Positions 29,192-38,453 of a stretch of DNA of 64,000 nucleotides are shown here, piece by piece. The stretch's first letter is position 1; each line of letters starts with the position of its first letter. Both the position numbers and the translations under genes were made by a program. The stretch is taken from positions 447 to 64,446 of the forward strand of contig AKKQ01000004.1 in the NCBI GenBank assembly GCA_000276965.1, read 5' to 3'. This stretch comes from Thiovulum sp. ES (GTDB lineage: Bacteria > Campylobacterota > Campylobacteria > Campylobacterales > Thiovulaceae). The notes under the pieces were generated by a model. That model saw nothing but the letters and a program-made list of their open reading frames with translations. It did no database searches and was not told the DNA's origin.

Positions 29192-29629
29192 ATGAGAAAA
29201 GCAATTTTGACTTCTGAAGGAATCTCTTTTCCTGATGAACCAACTGAAATTATTTCAATGGTTGGCTCTTCGGTAGCTGTTACAATTTATGACAGAGTGT
29301 TAAAAATTGGTGGAGTTTTACATTTTTTACAGCCAACTTGGAACGGTTTTGGGATTAAAGAGATAAAATTTGGCGATGTCGGAACGGAACAACTTATTAA
29401 AGAATTCTTAAAAAAAGGCTCAAATCCTGAAAATCTCATCGCAAATATCGTCGGAGGTGCTGTAATTGGTGAGTGTGGCGACGATATTCCAACAGGTTTA
29501 AAAAATGTCCGTTCCGCAAAGAAAATACTTGGCGATTATGATGTAGCCATCGACATTATAGAGGTTGGGAAAGAGAAGAGCCGACATGTCAAATTTCACT
29601 CGAGAACTGGTGTTTTAACCGTCAATTAG
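29192..29629 (+). CDS. cheD: Chemoreceptor glutamine deamidase CheD-like protein
   Basis: Size of ~145 aa and the pattern MVGSSVAVTIYDRVLKIGGVLHFLQP ... NIVGGA resemble CheD. The ORF is open from GTG 29162. Confidence 0.6.
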   Translation: MRKAILTSEGISFPDEPTEIISMVGSSVAVTIYDRVLKIGGVLHFLQPTWNGFGIKEIKFGDVGTEQLIKEFLKKGSNPENLIANIVGGAVIGECGDDIPTGLKNVRSAKKILGDYDVAIDIIEVGKEKSRHVKFHSRTGVLTVN

Positions 29630-29639
29630 GGAACTGCCC

Positions 29640-29668
29640 TTGACTATCGCAAAAAAATTGATTAAAAT
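29640..29668 (+). promoter_or_regulatory. Sigma-70-like promoter candidate upstream of the HU gene
   Basis: TTGACT (29640-29645), a 17-nt spacer, then TAAAAT (29663-29668), about 50 nt upstream of the GTG start at 29722. Confidence 0.4.
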
Positions 29669-29721
29669 TCGCCCTGCCTCTAGTTCAGAAGTGTAGTTTT
29701 GGGGCATGTAAAGGAATTGTT

Positions 29722-30147
29722 GTGAAAAAAATTGAATTCGTAAAAGAAGTTTCTAAAAAATCTGGTATTTCGATGAAAGATGCTGAAAAAGTTATTAACA
29801 GCTCACTCGAAACGGTTACGGAGATTTTAGAAAAAGATCAAGGTATCACTTTTATGGGCTTTGGAACTTTTGAAACTGTTGTAAGAGCTTCACGAGTAAC
29901 TACTCTGCCAAACTCAAAACAGAAAGTTACTATTCCTGCAAAGAAAAGTGTAAAATTCAAAATTGGTAAAAACCTAAAAGAGAAAGTTGCAGCTATTCCT
30001 GTAGATGGTCCAGCAAAAAGCGAAGAAGCACCTGCTACTGCTACTGCTACTGCTACGGAGACTGAATCAGCACCTGCTAAGAAGACTCCAGCTAAAAAAG
30101 CACCTGCAATAAAAGCTAAAAAATCTGCACCAAAGAAAAAGAAGTAG
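29722..30147 (+). CDS. hup: HU-family DNA-binding protein with ~50-aa Lys/Ala/Pro-rich C-terminal tail
   Basis: HU fold region (GFGTFETVVRASRVTTLPNSKQKVTIPAKKSVKFKIGKNLKEKV), followed by PVDGPAKSEEAPATATATATETESAPAKKTPAKKAPAIKAKKSAPKKKK. GTG start with an AAAGGA RBS. Confidence 0.85.
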   Translation: MKKIEFVKEVSKKSGISMKDAEKVINSSLETVTEILEKDQGITFMGFGTFETVVRASRVTTLPNSKQKVTIPAKKSVKFKIGKNLKEKVAAIPVDGPAKSEEAPATATATATETESAPAKKTPAKKAPAIKAKKSAPKKKK

Positions 30148-30160
30148 TTAGAAACTATTT

Positions 30161-30247
30161 GCCATAGTGGTGGAATTGGTAGACACGCTAGACTCAAAAT
30201 CTGGTGATAGCAATATCGTGTCGGTTCGAGTCCGACCTATGGTACCA
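30161..30247 (+). tRNA. tRNA-Leu (anticodon CAA), class II with long variable arm, CCA encoded
   Basis: Hand fold: acceptor GCCATAG/CTATGGT (G1-U72), D region GGTGGAATTGGTAGACAC, anticodon stem-loop CTAGA-CTCAAAA-TCTGG, long variable arm, T arm GTCGG-TTCGAGT-CCGAC. Confidence 0.9.
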
Positions 30248-30260
30248 CTCTTTAAACTGC

Positions 30261-30285
30261 CATCTCCGCAGAGATGACTTTTTTT
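30261..30285 (+). terminator. Rho-independent terminator after tRNA-Leu (catctc-cgca-gagatg + T7)
   Basis: 6-bp stem with a tetraloop, then ACTTTTTTT. Confidence 0.7.
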
Positions 30286-31429
30286 ATTTAAAAAGAGACC
30301 CTAAAAGATCATCTACTGATTTTTTCTTATCAACACTCTCGTTAATAATTTGTCCCTCTCTTGTATCAGAAGTAAGAACACGAATTTCAATTCCAGTTAG
30401 CATTTTTGCAAGTCGCAAGTTTGCACCATTTTTTCCAATCGCTTTACCTCTCTCGCTTCTATCAATAGATACATAAGCAACTTCAACTTTATTTCCATCA
30501 ATATCTTCAGTTTCACCAATTTTTACATTTTGGATTTGAGCAGGAGAGAGTGAATTTTTAATATAAACCTCTTTGATTTGGGAGTAGTTGATAACATCAA
30601 TAATTTCGCCATTCAACTCTCTTGAAACTGAATTGATACGAACTCCTTTTGTTCCGATAATTGTTGAGATTGCATCGACTCTTGGATTGCTACTTCTAAC
30701 AGCAACTTTTGAGCGATCCCCAGGAATTCTTGAGATACCCTCAATAGTAACAACTCCATCTGCAATTTCAGGAACAGCAACTTTAAAGAGAGAATGGAGA
30801 AATTTTGGGTGAGTTCGAGAAACATCAACAGTTAATTTATTGTCGCTATCAATTGTTACATATTTAATAACACTTGCGACTATATCGCCAACCCGAAACC
30901 TTTCACCTTTAATTCTATCTTTCTTTTTGAGAAGCACTCGAACATCTAAATTGTCAATGTCAATAATAGTATTTCCATTTTCATCAATGTCAGAAACTTT
31001 TCCTTTTATCTTTTCACCGATTCTGTTTTTGAATTCAAAATAGAGCGAATAACCTTTTGTCTCCTCAAGAGTTCTCTCGATATTTGCATAAAGATTTTCA
31101 AGAGCATAACGACCATAATTATTTAAATCGTGTGAAATTTGATACTCATCTCCCTCTTCAATATCTTCAACAGCAAATTTATCGATGGCATCCTGAAGTC
31201 TGATTTCTCCATCCTGAAGTCTTTTTGTGTCGTTTCCAACAATTGTTAAAACTTCATAAACAGTGGGTGTTTTTCCTGAAAGTTCGATAGAAAATCGCTT
31301 ATCCTTTCCTAAAACCTCTCTTGCTGTTCTAATAAAAGCGAGTCTCAAAGCATCTTCAACTCTTTTTTTGTCGATATTCTTGTTCTCTGAGATCGCATCT
31401 ATAACACTTTGTATATCTATATTTTCCAT
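30284..31429 (-). CDS. nusA: Transcription termination/antitermination factor NusA
   Basis: N-terminal domain, S1 (GERFRVGDIV) and two KH domains (IGTKGVRINSVSRELNGEIIDV; AIGKNGANLRLAKMLTG). Confidence 0.93.
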   Translation of the reverse strand: MENIDIQSVIDAISENKNIDKKRVEDALRLAFIRTAREVLGKDKRFSIELSGKTPTVYEVLTIVGNDTKRLQDGEIRLQDAIDKFAVEDIEEGDEYQISHDLNNYGRYALENLYANIERTLEETKGYSLYFEFKNRIGEKIKGKVSDIDENGNTIIDIDNLDVRVLLKKKDRIKGERFRVGDIVASVIKYVTIDSDNKLTVDVSRTHPKFLHSLFKVAVPEIADGVVTIEGISRIPGDRSKVAVRSSNPRVDAISTIIGTKGVRINSVSRELNGEIIDVINYSQIKEVYIKNSLSPAQIQNVKIGETEDIDGNKVEVAYVSIDRSERGKAIGKNGANLRLAKMLTGIEIRVLTSDTREGQIINESVDKKKSVDDLLGSLFK

Positions 31430-31547
31430 TTATTTCCATGATTTTTTTATTGTTTGAAAGTAATAATATTGTATCGAAAAGTTATGTTTAAATTTTCAAG
31501 AAAAATACAATATTGGTGGTAATTTCAAGATCGGTAAATTTTAATTT

Positions 31548-31967
31548 TTATTTAAGATTTGAAAGTTGTATTTTTTCTAATTTGTAAATTTCATATCGGA
31601 TTTGTTTGAATTTTTCCGAATTTTCCATACTGTAAAGTTTAAAAAACTCTTCTAAAACTCGACTCGATTCCTGAACTCGTTTGTAGTTTGAAATCAAAAT
31701 GTCTGAAATTTCAATTCGTTTATTTTCGCTTTCTAGAGTTTGTCGGAGAGAATCGTTTTCAACATCACGAAATTCTAAATATTGTTCTGAATTTGGGAGA
31801 GTTGCTAAATGTCGGAGTTCTTTTAGTTTTGTGGAAATTTCTTTGTTGTTGAATAGGAATCTATTTGTATCTTCGAGGACTCGAAGTCCCTCCTTAACTC
31901 GATTAAGGTTGGCATCGATTCCACGAAAAAGAAGTTTTTTATCTTCTTCACTCAAATTAATCATCAT
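31548..31967 (-). CDS. Hypothetical protein; resembles the N-terminal extension domain fused to some ThiE proteins
   Basis: GIDANLNRVKEGLRVLEDTNRF matches the DANLxRxxEGLRVxED pattern I recall from ThiE N-terminal extensions. No ThiE catalytic domain is present. Confidence 0.3.
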   Translation of the reverse strand: MMINLSEEDKKLLFRGIDANLNRVKEGLRVLEDTNRFLFNNKEISTKLKELRHLATLPNSEQYLEFRDVENDSLRQTLESENKRIEISDILISNYKRVQESSRVLEEFFKLYSMENSEKFKQIRYEIYKLEKIQLSNLK

Positions 31968-32694
31968 CTCCGAGGATTCCGAAAATTTGTAGAAGAGCAG
32001 TAAATAGATTTAAGAAATCTAAGTAGAGAGCAACAGCACCATCAATTGGAGTTTCGTAGTTTCCTTGAATGATGTTTTGAGTATCATAAATAATAAAGAA
32101 ACTGAAAAGCATGACAACTGCACCTTGAATTGCAATATGTAAAATTGGATTTCCAAGAAACATGTTGATAACTGAACCAACAATTACAACGATTAAAGCT
32201 ATAAAAAGAGGTTTTCCCATTGATGTAAAATCGCTTTTTGTGTTGATAGCAAAAAGAGAAAGCCCACCAAAAATAATAGTTGTCATGGCAAAAGCATTTG
32301 CGATAATCGAACTACCACCAGCCATTCCGAGAGTTTTTGCAAGAAGTGGTCCAAGAGTTAATCCACTAACAAAAGCAAAAGCAAAAAGAACGATGAGGTT
32401 CAGCGGTGCTTTATGTTTTACAAAGTGAATTCCAAAAAGAAGACCAATTTCAAGAATGAAAAATAGCCAAATTGCAGATGCAATTGTTCCCGCCATTCCA
32501 ACACCAACATATGCTCCAGCAGTTCCTGCCAACATCGTTGAAGCAAAAAGCTTGTAAGTATCTTTTACAAAAGTAACAAGTTCAGAATCACTTCTTTGTG
32601 CTACACCGTAGTCGGAACCAAACATTCCACTGTTGCTGTTTGTATTAAAACTTTGCCCCTGTGAAGAAGACTTGTTAAAAAAGTCATTGTTCAT
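31957..32694 (-). CDS. Bax inhibitor-1/YccA family membrane protein
   Basis: Seven TM segments and a C-terminal IIYDTQNII...ALYLDFLNLF motif typical of BI-1/YccA. Confidence 0.85.
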   Translation of the reverse strand: MNNDFFNKSSSQGQSFNTNSNSGMFGSDYGVAQRSDSELVTFVKDTYKLFASTMLAGTAGAYVGVGMAGTIASAIWLFFILEIGLLFGIHFVKHKAPLNLIVLFAFAFVSGLTLGPLLAKTLGMAGGSSIIANAFAMTTIIFGGLSLFAINTKSDFTSMGKPLFIALIVVIVGSVINMFLGNPILHIAIQGAVVMLFSFFIIYDTQNIIQGNYETPIDGAVALYLDFLNLFTALLQIFGILGDDD

Positions 32695-32848
32695 AGTTTG
32701 TCCTTTAAAAAATTTTAAGTATGCTAATGGTAATTATATTAAATTCCTCTTAAATTTATTTTTTACACAAATATTTAATGTTTTTTTAAATTCTATTCTA
32801 TTATTGTAAAATGTAATTCGATTTGTATAGATTAATTTTAGGTTTTAA

Positions 32849-35800
32849 ATGTTATTCATAATTAGTATATTTATATTTTTTTCAATTACACTTTTTGGTG
32901 ATGGATTTTTTTTAACAAAAGCTGAAAAGAGATTTATAGAGGAGTACCCTATTATATATTTGGCAGGTGAAAAAAATTCAGAACCATTTACAATAGGCGA
33001 TGAGGTCGAAGTTAATGGATATGAGGCTGAACTGCTCCACCTCATCGAAAAAGAGAGTGGTTTAGAATTTGAAATTATTTTAGGTACTCCAAAAGAAGTT
33101 ACTGATATGACGGTGAATAGGCGAGTCGATGGAGTTTTGACAAATAGCAATTTTACACAACGAAATAAACTCCACAACCCATCAATTCCTTACTCCCAAT
33201 TTTTGCCGTATGTAATTGTTAAAGATGATAATCCAAAAGAGATTAATAGAGTAGAAGATCTAAAGGGAAAAATTCTTGCAATTGAAACAAATAATCCAAC
33301 TTTTAAAAAGATTGCAAAAGATTTAGAGATAGATTTTGCTGAAATAAAATATTATGACAATATTTTTAGAGTTATGAAAGCAATTATTTCAGGTGAAGCA
33401 GATTTTACTATTTTTGATGAAAAAATATTCTATCTCGCTAAAACTGTTGGTCTCTCAAATCACATAAATGCAAAATTTTCAGTTGGCGAACCTTTTGATG
33501 CTCAATTCTGGTTTAGAAAAGATTATCCCGAATTAAAGCGAATTGTTGATAAGGCAATCCGAAATATTGACAAAGATGTAATTAGCAATCTCCGAAAAAA
33601 ATGGTTCAACGAGGGCAACTTGGACTCAAGCAGAGTACTTTTTACAAAAGAGGAGTTGGATTTTATAAAAAACAATCCTGTTTTAAAATTGACAAATGAC
33701 CCAGATTATCCTCCTTATGAATTTCGTGAAAATGATCGAGCTGTTGGATACTCAATCGATTTTATGCGATTACTTTCTAAAAAGATTGGAATCAAGTTTG
33801 AGTTTGTTTCAGAGACTTGGGAAGAACTTATTGAGATGTTTTGTCATGGTGAAATTGACATTATTCACTCAACAGATAAAGGTGAGAGAATTTCGCAATG
33901 TGCAATTTTTTCAACTCCTTTTATAAAAGATTCTTCTCAATTCTTAACAAGGTCTGATTTTTTAACTGGAAATTCAGTTGAAGACTATTTTGGATACAAA
34001 ATGGCATCTCCTGCAACTTGGGAGCAGACAGAGTTTTTCAAAAAAAAATATAAGGAAAAAATCAAAGTTATTGAGACTGAAACAATTTTAGAAGCGATTG
34101 AGATGGTTAGAAAAGGAGAGGTAGATTTCACTTATGACTACGGGAATGTTTTAAATTATCTTGTTATGAAAAATGGTTACAAGGGTCTAAAAATTCAAGG
34201 AGTTGGTTATACTGATGAGAGTTTTCTTGACTACCTCTATGTTGGAGTTCCAAAAGATAAAAAAATTCTTCTCAGTATTATCAACAAAGCAATTTTCGCA
34301 CTCTCAACAAAAGAATTAAACGAACTCTCAAAAAAATGGCTCTCTTTTGAAAATTTAAAACGAGTTGATTTCTCTTTTGAAGAGAAAGATTTTCTTTTTA
34401 AAAAAGGTGCTTTGAAAATGTGTGTGAATAAAAACAGAATGCCTTATGAGGGAATAGATTCAAATGGAGAACACACGGGAATTACAGCAGATATTTTTAA
34501 TTTAATTTACAGCAATTCTAATTTAAATATTGAAATTATTCCATCAAACAGCATTTCTCAAACATTGCACTTTTTAAAAACAAAACGGTGTGATTTTGCA
34601 TCGCTTGGAATGGAGACTGAAAATAGAAAATATTTTGCAAACTTTACAAAACCATACATGTCTTTTCCAATTGTTGTTGCAACAGATACTTCAGAGACAA
34701 TTTTTATTGATGATGTGAAATATCTTTTTGGAAAAACAGTTTCTATTTTAAGAAATTGCTCTTTTGTTGATATTTTTAGAAATCAGTATCCAAAAATTGA
34801 CATTGTCGAAGTTGATTCAATTGAAGAGGGTTTAAACTCTGTTAGAAAAGGAGAGACTTTTGGATATATTGACTTAGCGACACCAATTTTATTAAACATT
34901 CAAAATAGTGGAATAAATGACATTAAAATTTCTGGTCAGCTAAATCTATCAATTGATTGGAGTATTGTATCTCGAAATGATGAGCCGATATTAAACGATA
35001 TTTTTCAAAAAGCTCTTGATTTTGTTAGCTTTGAAGATAAACAGAAAATTTTTAATAGATGGATTTCAATAAAATTTGAAGATCGAATAGACTACACACT
35101 TTTTTACAATTTTATAGGTTTTGTACTTATTGTTTCGATAATTGTTGTTTGGAGATTGAGAGAAGCACGAAAATTTAGTAGAAGAATTCAACATAAAAAT
35201 ATTGAGTTAAGTCGCTCAAAATCTGAACTTGAAAAGAGTCATAAAAAAACACAAGACTCTATAAATTATGCACTCAGAATCCAACAAGCCATTCTTCCCG
35301 ATGAAATGATTTTAACTAACTATTTTTATGATTCTTTTGTAATTTGGAAACCAAAAGATACTGTTGGTGGAGATATATATTTCTTTGTTGAATTTTCTGA
35401 CGATGAGGTCTTTGTGATTATTATAGATGGAGCGGGACATGGAGTTTCTGGTGCATTTGTAACAATGCTTGTCAAAGCAGTTAAAGCTCAAATATTTGCT
35501 GAAATTAGAACTGGAGTAGTCAAAAAAAGACCAAGTGAAATTCTTAAACACTTCAACATAAAATTTAAGAAGATATTGAAAAGAGAGAAGAAATCTGGTA
35601 TCGGTTTTGATGGCGGAATCCTCTATTTTAATCGAGCTTCTAAATCAGCTATTTTTTCAGGTGCAAAAATCGATCTTTTTATTATGAAGCAAGGCAAAAT
35701 TGAAATTTTAAAACCAGAGCGAAAAAGTGTTGGTTTTGAGAGAATTAAGATTATACAAGATTATAGAGAGCATGAAATAAATCTTGAGGTTGGAGACGAG

Positions 35801-36004
35801 TTATATTTAACAACTGATGGTATCTTCGATCAGGAAAATAGCAAAGAGAAAAAATTTGGAAAGCAGAATTTTATAGATGTTATAAAAAAAGTTTCTGGTT
35901 CTTCTATGGCGATGCAAAAGAGTCTAGTTGAAAGCAGATTGACAGAATTTAAAAAAGGTGTTTTGCAAAATGACGATGTTACAATTATAGGTTTAAAAAT
36001 TTAA
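32849..36004 (+). CDS. SiaA-like membrane sensor phosphatase: three tandem periplasmic solute-binding (SBP_bac_3-like) domains, TM, PP2C/SpoIIE phosphatase
   Basis: Three ~235-aa repeats end in KKWF / KKWL / NRWI. TM segment FYNFIGFVLIVSIIVVWRL. PP2C motifs GGDIYFF, DGAGHGVSGAFVTM, TTDGIFDQ and NDDVTIIGLKI. Confidence 0.8.
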   Translation: MLFIISIFIFFSITLFGDGFFLTKAEKRFIEEYPIIYLAGEKNSEPFTIGDEVEVNGYEAELLHLIEKESGLEFEIILGTPKEVTDMTVNRRVDGVLTNSNFTQRNKLHNPSIPYSQFLPYVIVKDDNPKEINRVEDLKGKILAIETNNPTFKKIAKDLEIDFAEIKYYDNIFRVMKAIISGEADFTIFDEKIFYLAKTVGLSNHINAKFSVGEPFDAQFWFRKDYPELKRIVDKAIRNIDKDVISNLRKKWFNEGNLDSSRVLFTKEELDFIKNNPVLKLTNDPDYPPYEFRENDRAVGYSIDFMRLLSKKIGIKFEFVSETWEELIEMFCHGEIDIIHSTDKGERISQCAIFSTPFIKDSSQFLTRSDFLTGNSVEDYFGYKMASPATWEQTEFFKKKYKEKIKVIETETILEAIEMVRKGEVDFTYDYGNVLNYLVMKNGYKGLKIQGVGYTDESFLDYLYVGVPKDKKILLSIINKAIFALSTKELNELSKKWLSFENLKRVDFSFEEKDFLFKKGALKMCVNKNRMPYEGIDSNGEHTGITADIFNLIYSNSNLNIEIIPSNSISQTLHFLKTKRCDFASLGMETENRKYFANFTKPYMSFPIVVATDTSETIFIDDVKYLFGKTVSILRNCSFVDIFRNQYPKIDIVEVDSIEEGLNSVRKGETFGYIDLATPILLNIQNSGINDIKISGQLNLSIDWSIVSRNDEPILNDIFQKALDFVSFEDKQKIFNRWISIKFEDRIDYTLFYNFIGFVLIVSIIVVWRLREARKFSRRIQHKNIELSRSKSELEKSHKKTQDSINYALRIQQAILPDEMILTNYFYDSFVIWKPKDTVGGDIYFFVEFSDDEVFVIIIDGAGHGVSGAFVTMLVKAVKAQIFAEIRTGVVKKRPSEILKHFNIKFKKILKREKKSGIGFDGGILYFNRASKSAIFSGAKIDLFIMKQGKIEILKPERKSVGFERIKIIQDYREHEINLEVGDELYLTTDGIFDQENSKEKKFGKQNFIDVIKKVSGSSMAMQKSLVESRLTEFKKGVLQNDDVTIIGLKI

Positions 36005-36013
36005 AGGATAATT

Positions 36014-36388
36014 TTGGAAGGTTTTTTTGTTGATAAAAGTGAAAATTCACCACGGATTTTACTTGATTGGGAACAAGGTTTAATTGAGTTTGATGGAAAA
36101 TCTTATCCAGAAAACACTTTTGAGTTTTATGAACCAGTTATTGAGTGGCTTGAAATCTATTTTAGTGGAAAGGCTAAGAATAAAACAGTTGTGAATATAA
36201 AGCTCATCTATTTTAATTCTGCAACAACTCAAGTACTTTTTGATATTTTCGATTTAATTCAAGATGGTGAAAAAAATGAGTTGGAAATTAATTGGTTCTA
36301 TGACGGAAGTGATGAGTTTGGAACTGAAGATTATGAAGATTATGTTGATGAATTTCCAGATTTGCATATAAAAGCAGTTCCATTTTAG
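36014..36388 (+). CDS. SiaC-family (DUF1987) partner-switch phosphoprotein
   Basis: LIEFDGKSYPENTFEFYEPVIEWL and IYFNSATTQVLFDIF fit DUF1987. TTG start with an AAAGGA RBS. Confidence 0.7.
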   Translation: MEGFFVDKSENSPRILLDWEQGLIEFDGKSYPENTFEFYEPVIEWLEIYFSGKAKNKTVVNIKLIYFNSATTQVLFDIFDLIQDGEKNELEINWFYDGSDEFGTEDYEDYVDEFPDLHIKAVPF

Positions 36389-36402
36389 AAAAAGGTTAAT
36401 AT

Positions 36403-36951
36403 ATGTCAAGTGAAAATCAGTTGAAGGTGTGTGTCGAAGTGAATCAGCAAAACATTTATGATTTTAATGAAAGAATTAATGAAAAAAGTATTATCGAAGT
36501 TGCTACAAAAATAGAACAACTTCTTCTTTCAAATGGTGCTTCTAGGCGAAAGCTTAGAGATGTTTATGAGACAACAATTGAAATGCTTCAAAATGTTTTA
36601 AATTACTCTTACGATAGTTCGGAAATTGAAGCAAAAAAAATGGAAGCAAATGGAACATTCTCTATCAAATATGATTCTCAAAATGACACATACTTTTTAC
36701 AAAGTTGCAATTTAATAGACAGCAAAAAAGAGAATGTTATTCAGGAAAAAATTGCAAATTTAAAAACTCTTGACGAAAAAGAGTTGAGAAAATTAGCAAG
36801 AGAAAAAATGAGAACAAAAAAAGATCTTCATGATAAAGGTGCTGGATTAGGTTTAATTTCGATTGCAAAAAAATCGTCAAAACCGATGGAATACACTTTT
36901 GAAGAGATTGTTGGAACAATAAAAAGATTTACTTTTATTGTAACAATTTGA
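36403..36951 (+). CDS. SiaB-family protein kinase (GHKL ATPase-like)
   Basis: Its size, its position after the DUF1987 gene, and a C-terminal HDKGAGLGLISIAKKS G-box-like motif. Confidence 0.65.
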   Translation: MSSENQLKVCVEVNQQNIYDFNERINEKSIIEVATKIEQLLLSNGASRRKLRDVYETTIEMLQNVLNYSYDSSEIEAKKMEANGTFSIKYDSQNDTYFLQSCNLIDSKKENVIQEKIANLKTLDEKELRKLAREKMRTKKDLHDKGAGLGLISIAKKSSKPMEYTFEEIVGTIKRFTFIVTI

Positions 36952-36967
36952 GTTTTGGCTTTTAAAA

Positions 36968-37921
36968 TTGGGAAAATATTTTGAAGAAGATTTAAACAAC
37001 ATTCTTCTTTCTGAAAATCTAACAGATGAAGAGAAAGAGAGTGTGAAATATCTTTTGTATGAATATACAAAGGTTGTTAGAAGAAATGAAAAAATTATTC
37101 GGAAAAGCGATAGAATAAATTTTGAACTTGAGAAACAGAAAGAGAAATTCATAAAACTCTCTCAAAGACTTTCAAAATATATTTCTCCGCAAATCTATAA
37201 AATTGTTTTTTCAGAAGAAGAGACAAAAATAAGCTCAAAAAGAAAAAAGCTCACTGTATTTTTTTCAGACATTGAGAACTTCACCGCAACAACTGAAGAG
37301 CTTGAGTCTGAAGAACTTACAAATTTACTCAATTATTATTTGACAGAAATGAACGAGATCGCATTTAAATATGGTGCAACTGTTGATAAATTTATTGGTG
37401 ATGCAATAGTTATCTTTTTTGGTGATCCTGAAACTCTAGGTTATAGAGAAGATGCGAAACTTTGTGTGCAAATGGCGATTGAAATGAGAGAGAGAACGGC
37501 ACAAATTGAGAGAGAATTTATAAATGATGGTGTTGTTGATAGCTTTAAAATACGAATTGGAATCCATACTGGTTATGTAACTGTTGGAAATTTTGGCAGT
37601 GATAGAAGACTTGACTACACAATAATTGGAAATGGTGTCAATCTTGCATCGAGATTAGAATCGATTGCACAACACGACACAATTTTAATTTCTCATGAGA
37701 CATTTTCGCTTGTAAAAGATATTGTTCATACAACAAAAGAGAAACCAGTTTTTGTAAAAGGAATTTCAAGAGAAGTTCAAACTTATAGAGTTGAAAGATT
37801 AAAAACCGAAGATGAGATCTATTTTGAAGCTCTTCAAATTAAAATAAACTCGCTAAAAATGATAAATGATAAAAATGAATTGGCAATTACACTAAGAAAT
37901 ATTCTCAATACATTAGAGTAG
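36968..37921 (+). CDS. Class III adenylate/guanylate cyclase with ~100-aa N-terminal helical region
   Basis: LTVFFSDIENFT, VDKFIGDAIVIFFGDP, RIGIHTGYVTVGNFG and DYTIIGNGVNLASRLES are CYCc motifs. TTG start 17 nt after the upstream stop. Confidence 0.85.
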   Translation: MGKYFEEDLNNILLSENLTDEEKESVKYLLYEYTKVVRRNEKIIRKSDRINFELEKQKEKFIKLSQRLSKYISPQIYKIVFSEEETKISSKRKKLTVFFSDIENFTATTEELESEELTNLLNYYLTEMNEIAFKYGATVDKFIGDAIVIFFGDPETLGYREDAKLCVQMAIEMRERTAQIEREFINDGVVDSFKIRIGIHTGYVTVGNFGSDRRLDYTIIGNGVNLASRLESIAQHDTILISHETFSLVKDIVHTTKEKPVFVKGISREVQTYRVERLKTEDEIYFEALQIKINSLKMINDKNELAITLRNILNTLE

Positions 37922-37925
37922 AAAC

Positions 37926-37948
37926 CCCACAAAAAAGTGGGAATTTTT
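37926..37948 (+). terminator. Weak hairpin cccac-aaaaaa-gtggg followed by AATTTTT
   Basis: 5-bp stem between the convergent cyclase (+) and rhodanese (-) genes. Confidence 0.35.
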
Positions 37949-37954
37949 CACAAA

Positions 37955-38452
37955 TTAATCTACGGAAAGAGGAAGTTTATTCTCTCTCCATTGTAGAAAT
38001 CCGCCTTCTAGGTTATAGACATTTTCAAAACCTTTTTTAGCAAGAATCTCTGCAGAAAATGCCGATCTTTGACCAGAATGACAAAGAACAATAATTTCAG
38101 TTTCAAGGTCTCCACCAACAAGATCAAAAACTTCTTTCACAAAATTCTCATTCTCAACAATTTTACTTTCGTAAAGTTTTCGAGAGTTATAACCTTTTTG
38201 ATTTTTGGTTTCCATTTCTGAAAAATTTTGTCTAACTTTCAAAGGTTTCGGAGTGTAAGTTTCGTAAAATACAGGAATATTTACATGCCCTAAGCCGTGT
38301 CCAGTGTGAATAAATTCAGATGGTCCTCGAACATCAACAAAAATAGCACCCTCTTTTTGTAATTCAACTGCTTCGGAAATATCGATTTCCTCGTATAAAT
38401 CAGAACTCAAAAGAAGTGAAACAGAGAGTAGAAAAGCTGACAATATTTTCAT
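37955..38452 (-). CDS. Secreted rhodanese-domain sulfurtransferase
   Basis: Signal peptide MKILSAFLLSVSLLLS and the active-site loop CHSGQRS. Confidence 0.8.
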   Translation of the reverse strand: MKILSAFLLSVSLLLSSDLYEEIDISEAVELQKEGAIFVDVRGPSEFIHTGHGLGHVNIPVFYETYTPKPLKVRQNFSEMETKNQKGYNSRKLYESKIVENENFVKEVFDLVGGDLETEIIVLCHSGQRSAFSAEILAKKGFENVYNLEGGFLQWRENKLPLSVD

Positions 38453-38453
38453 A

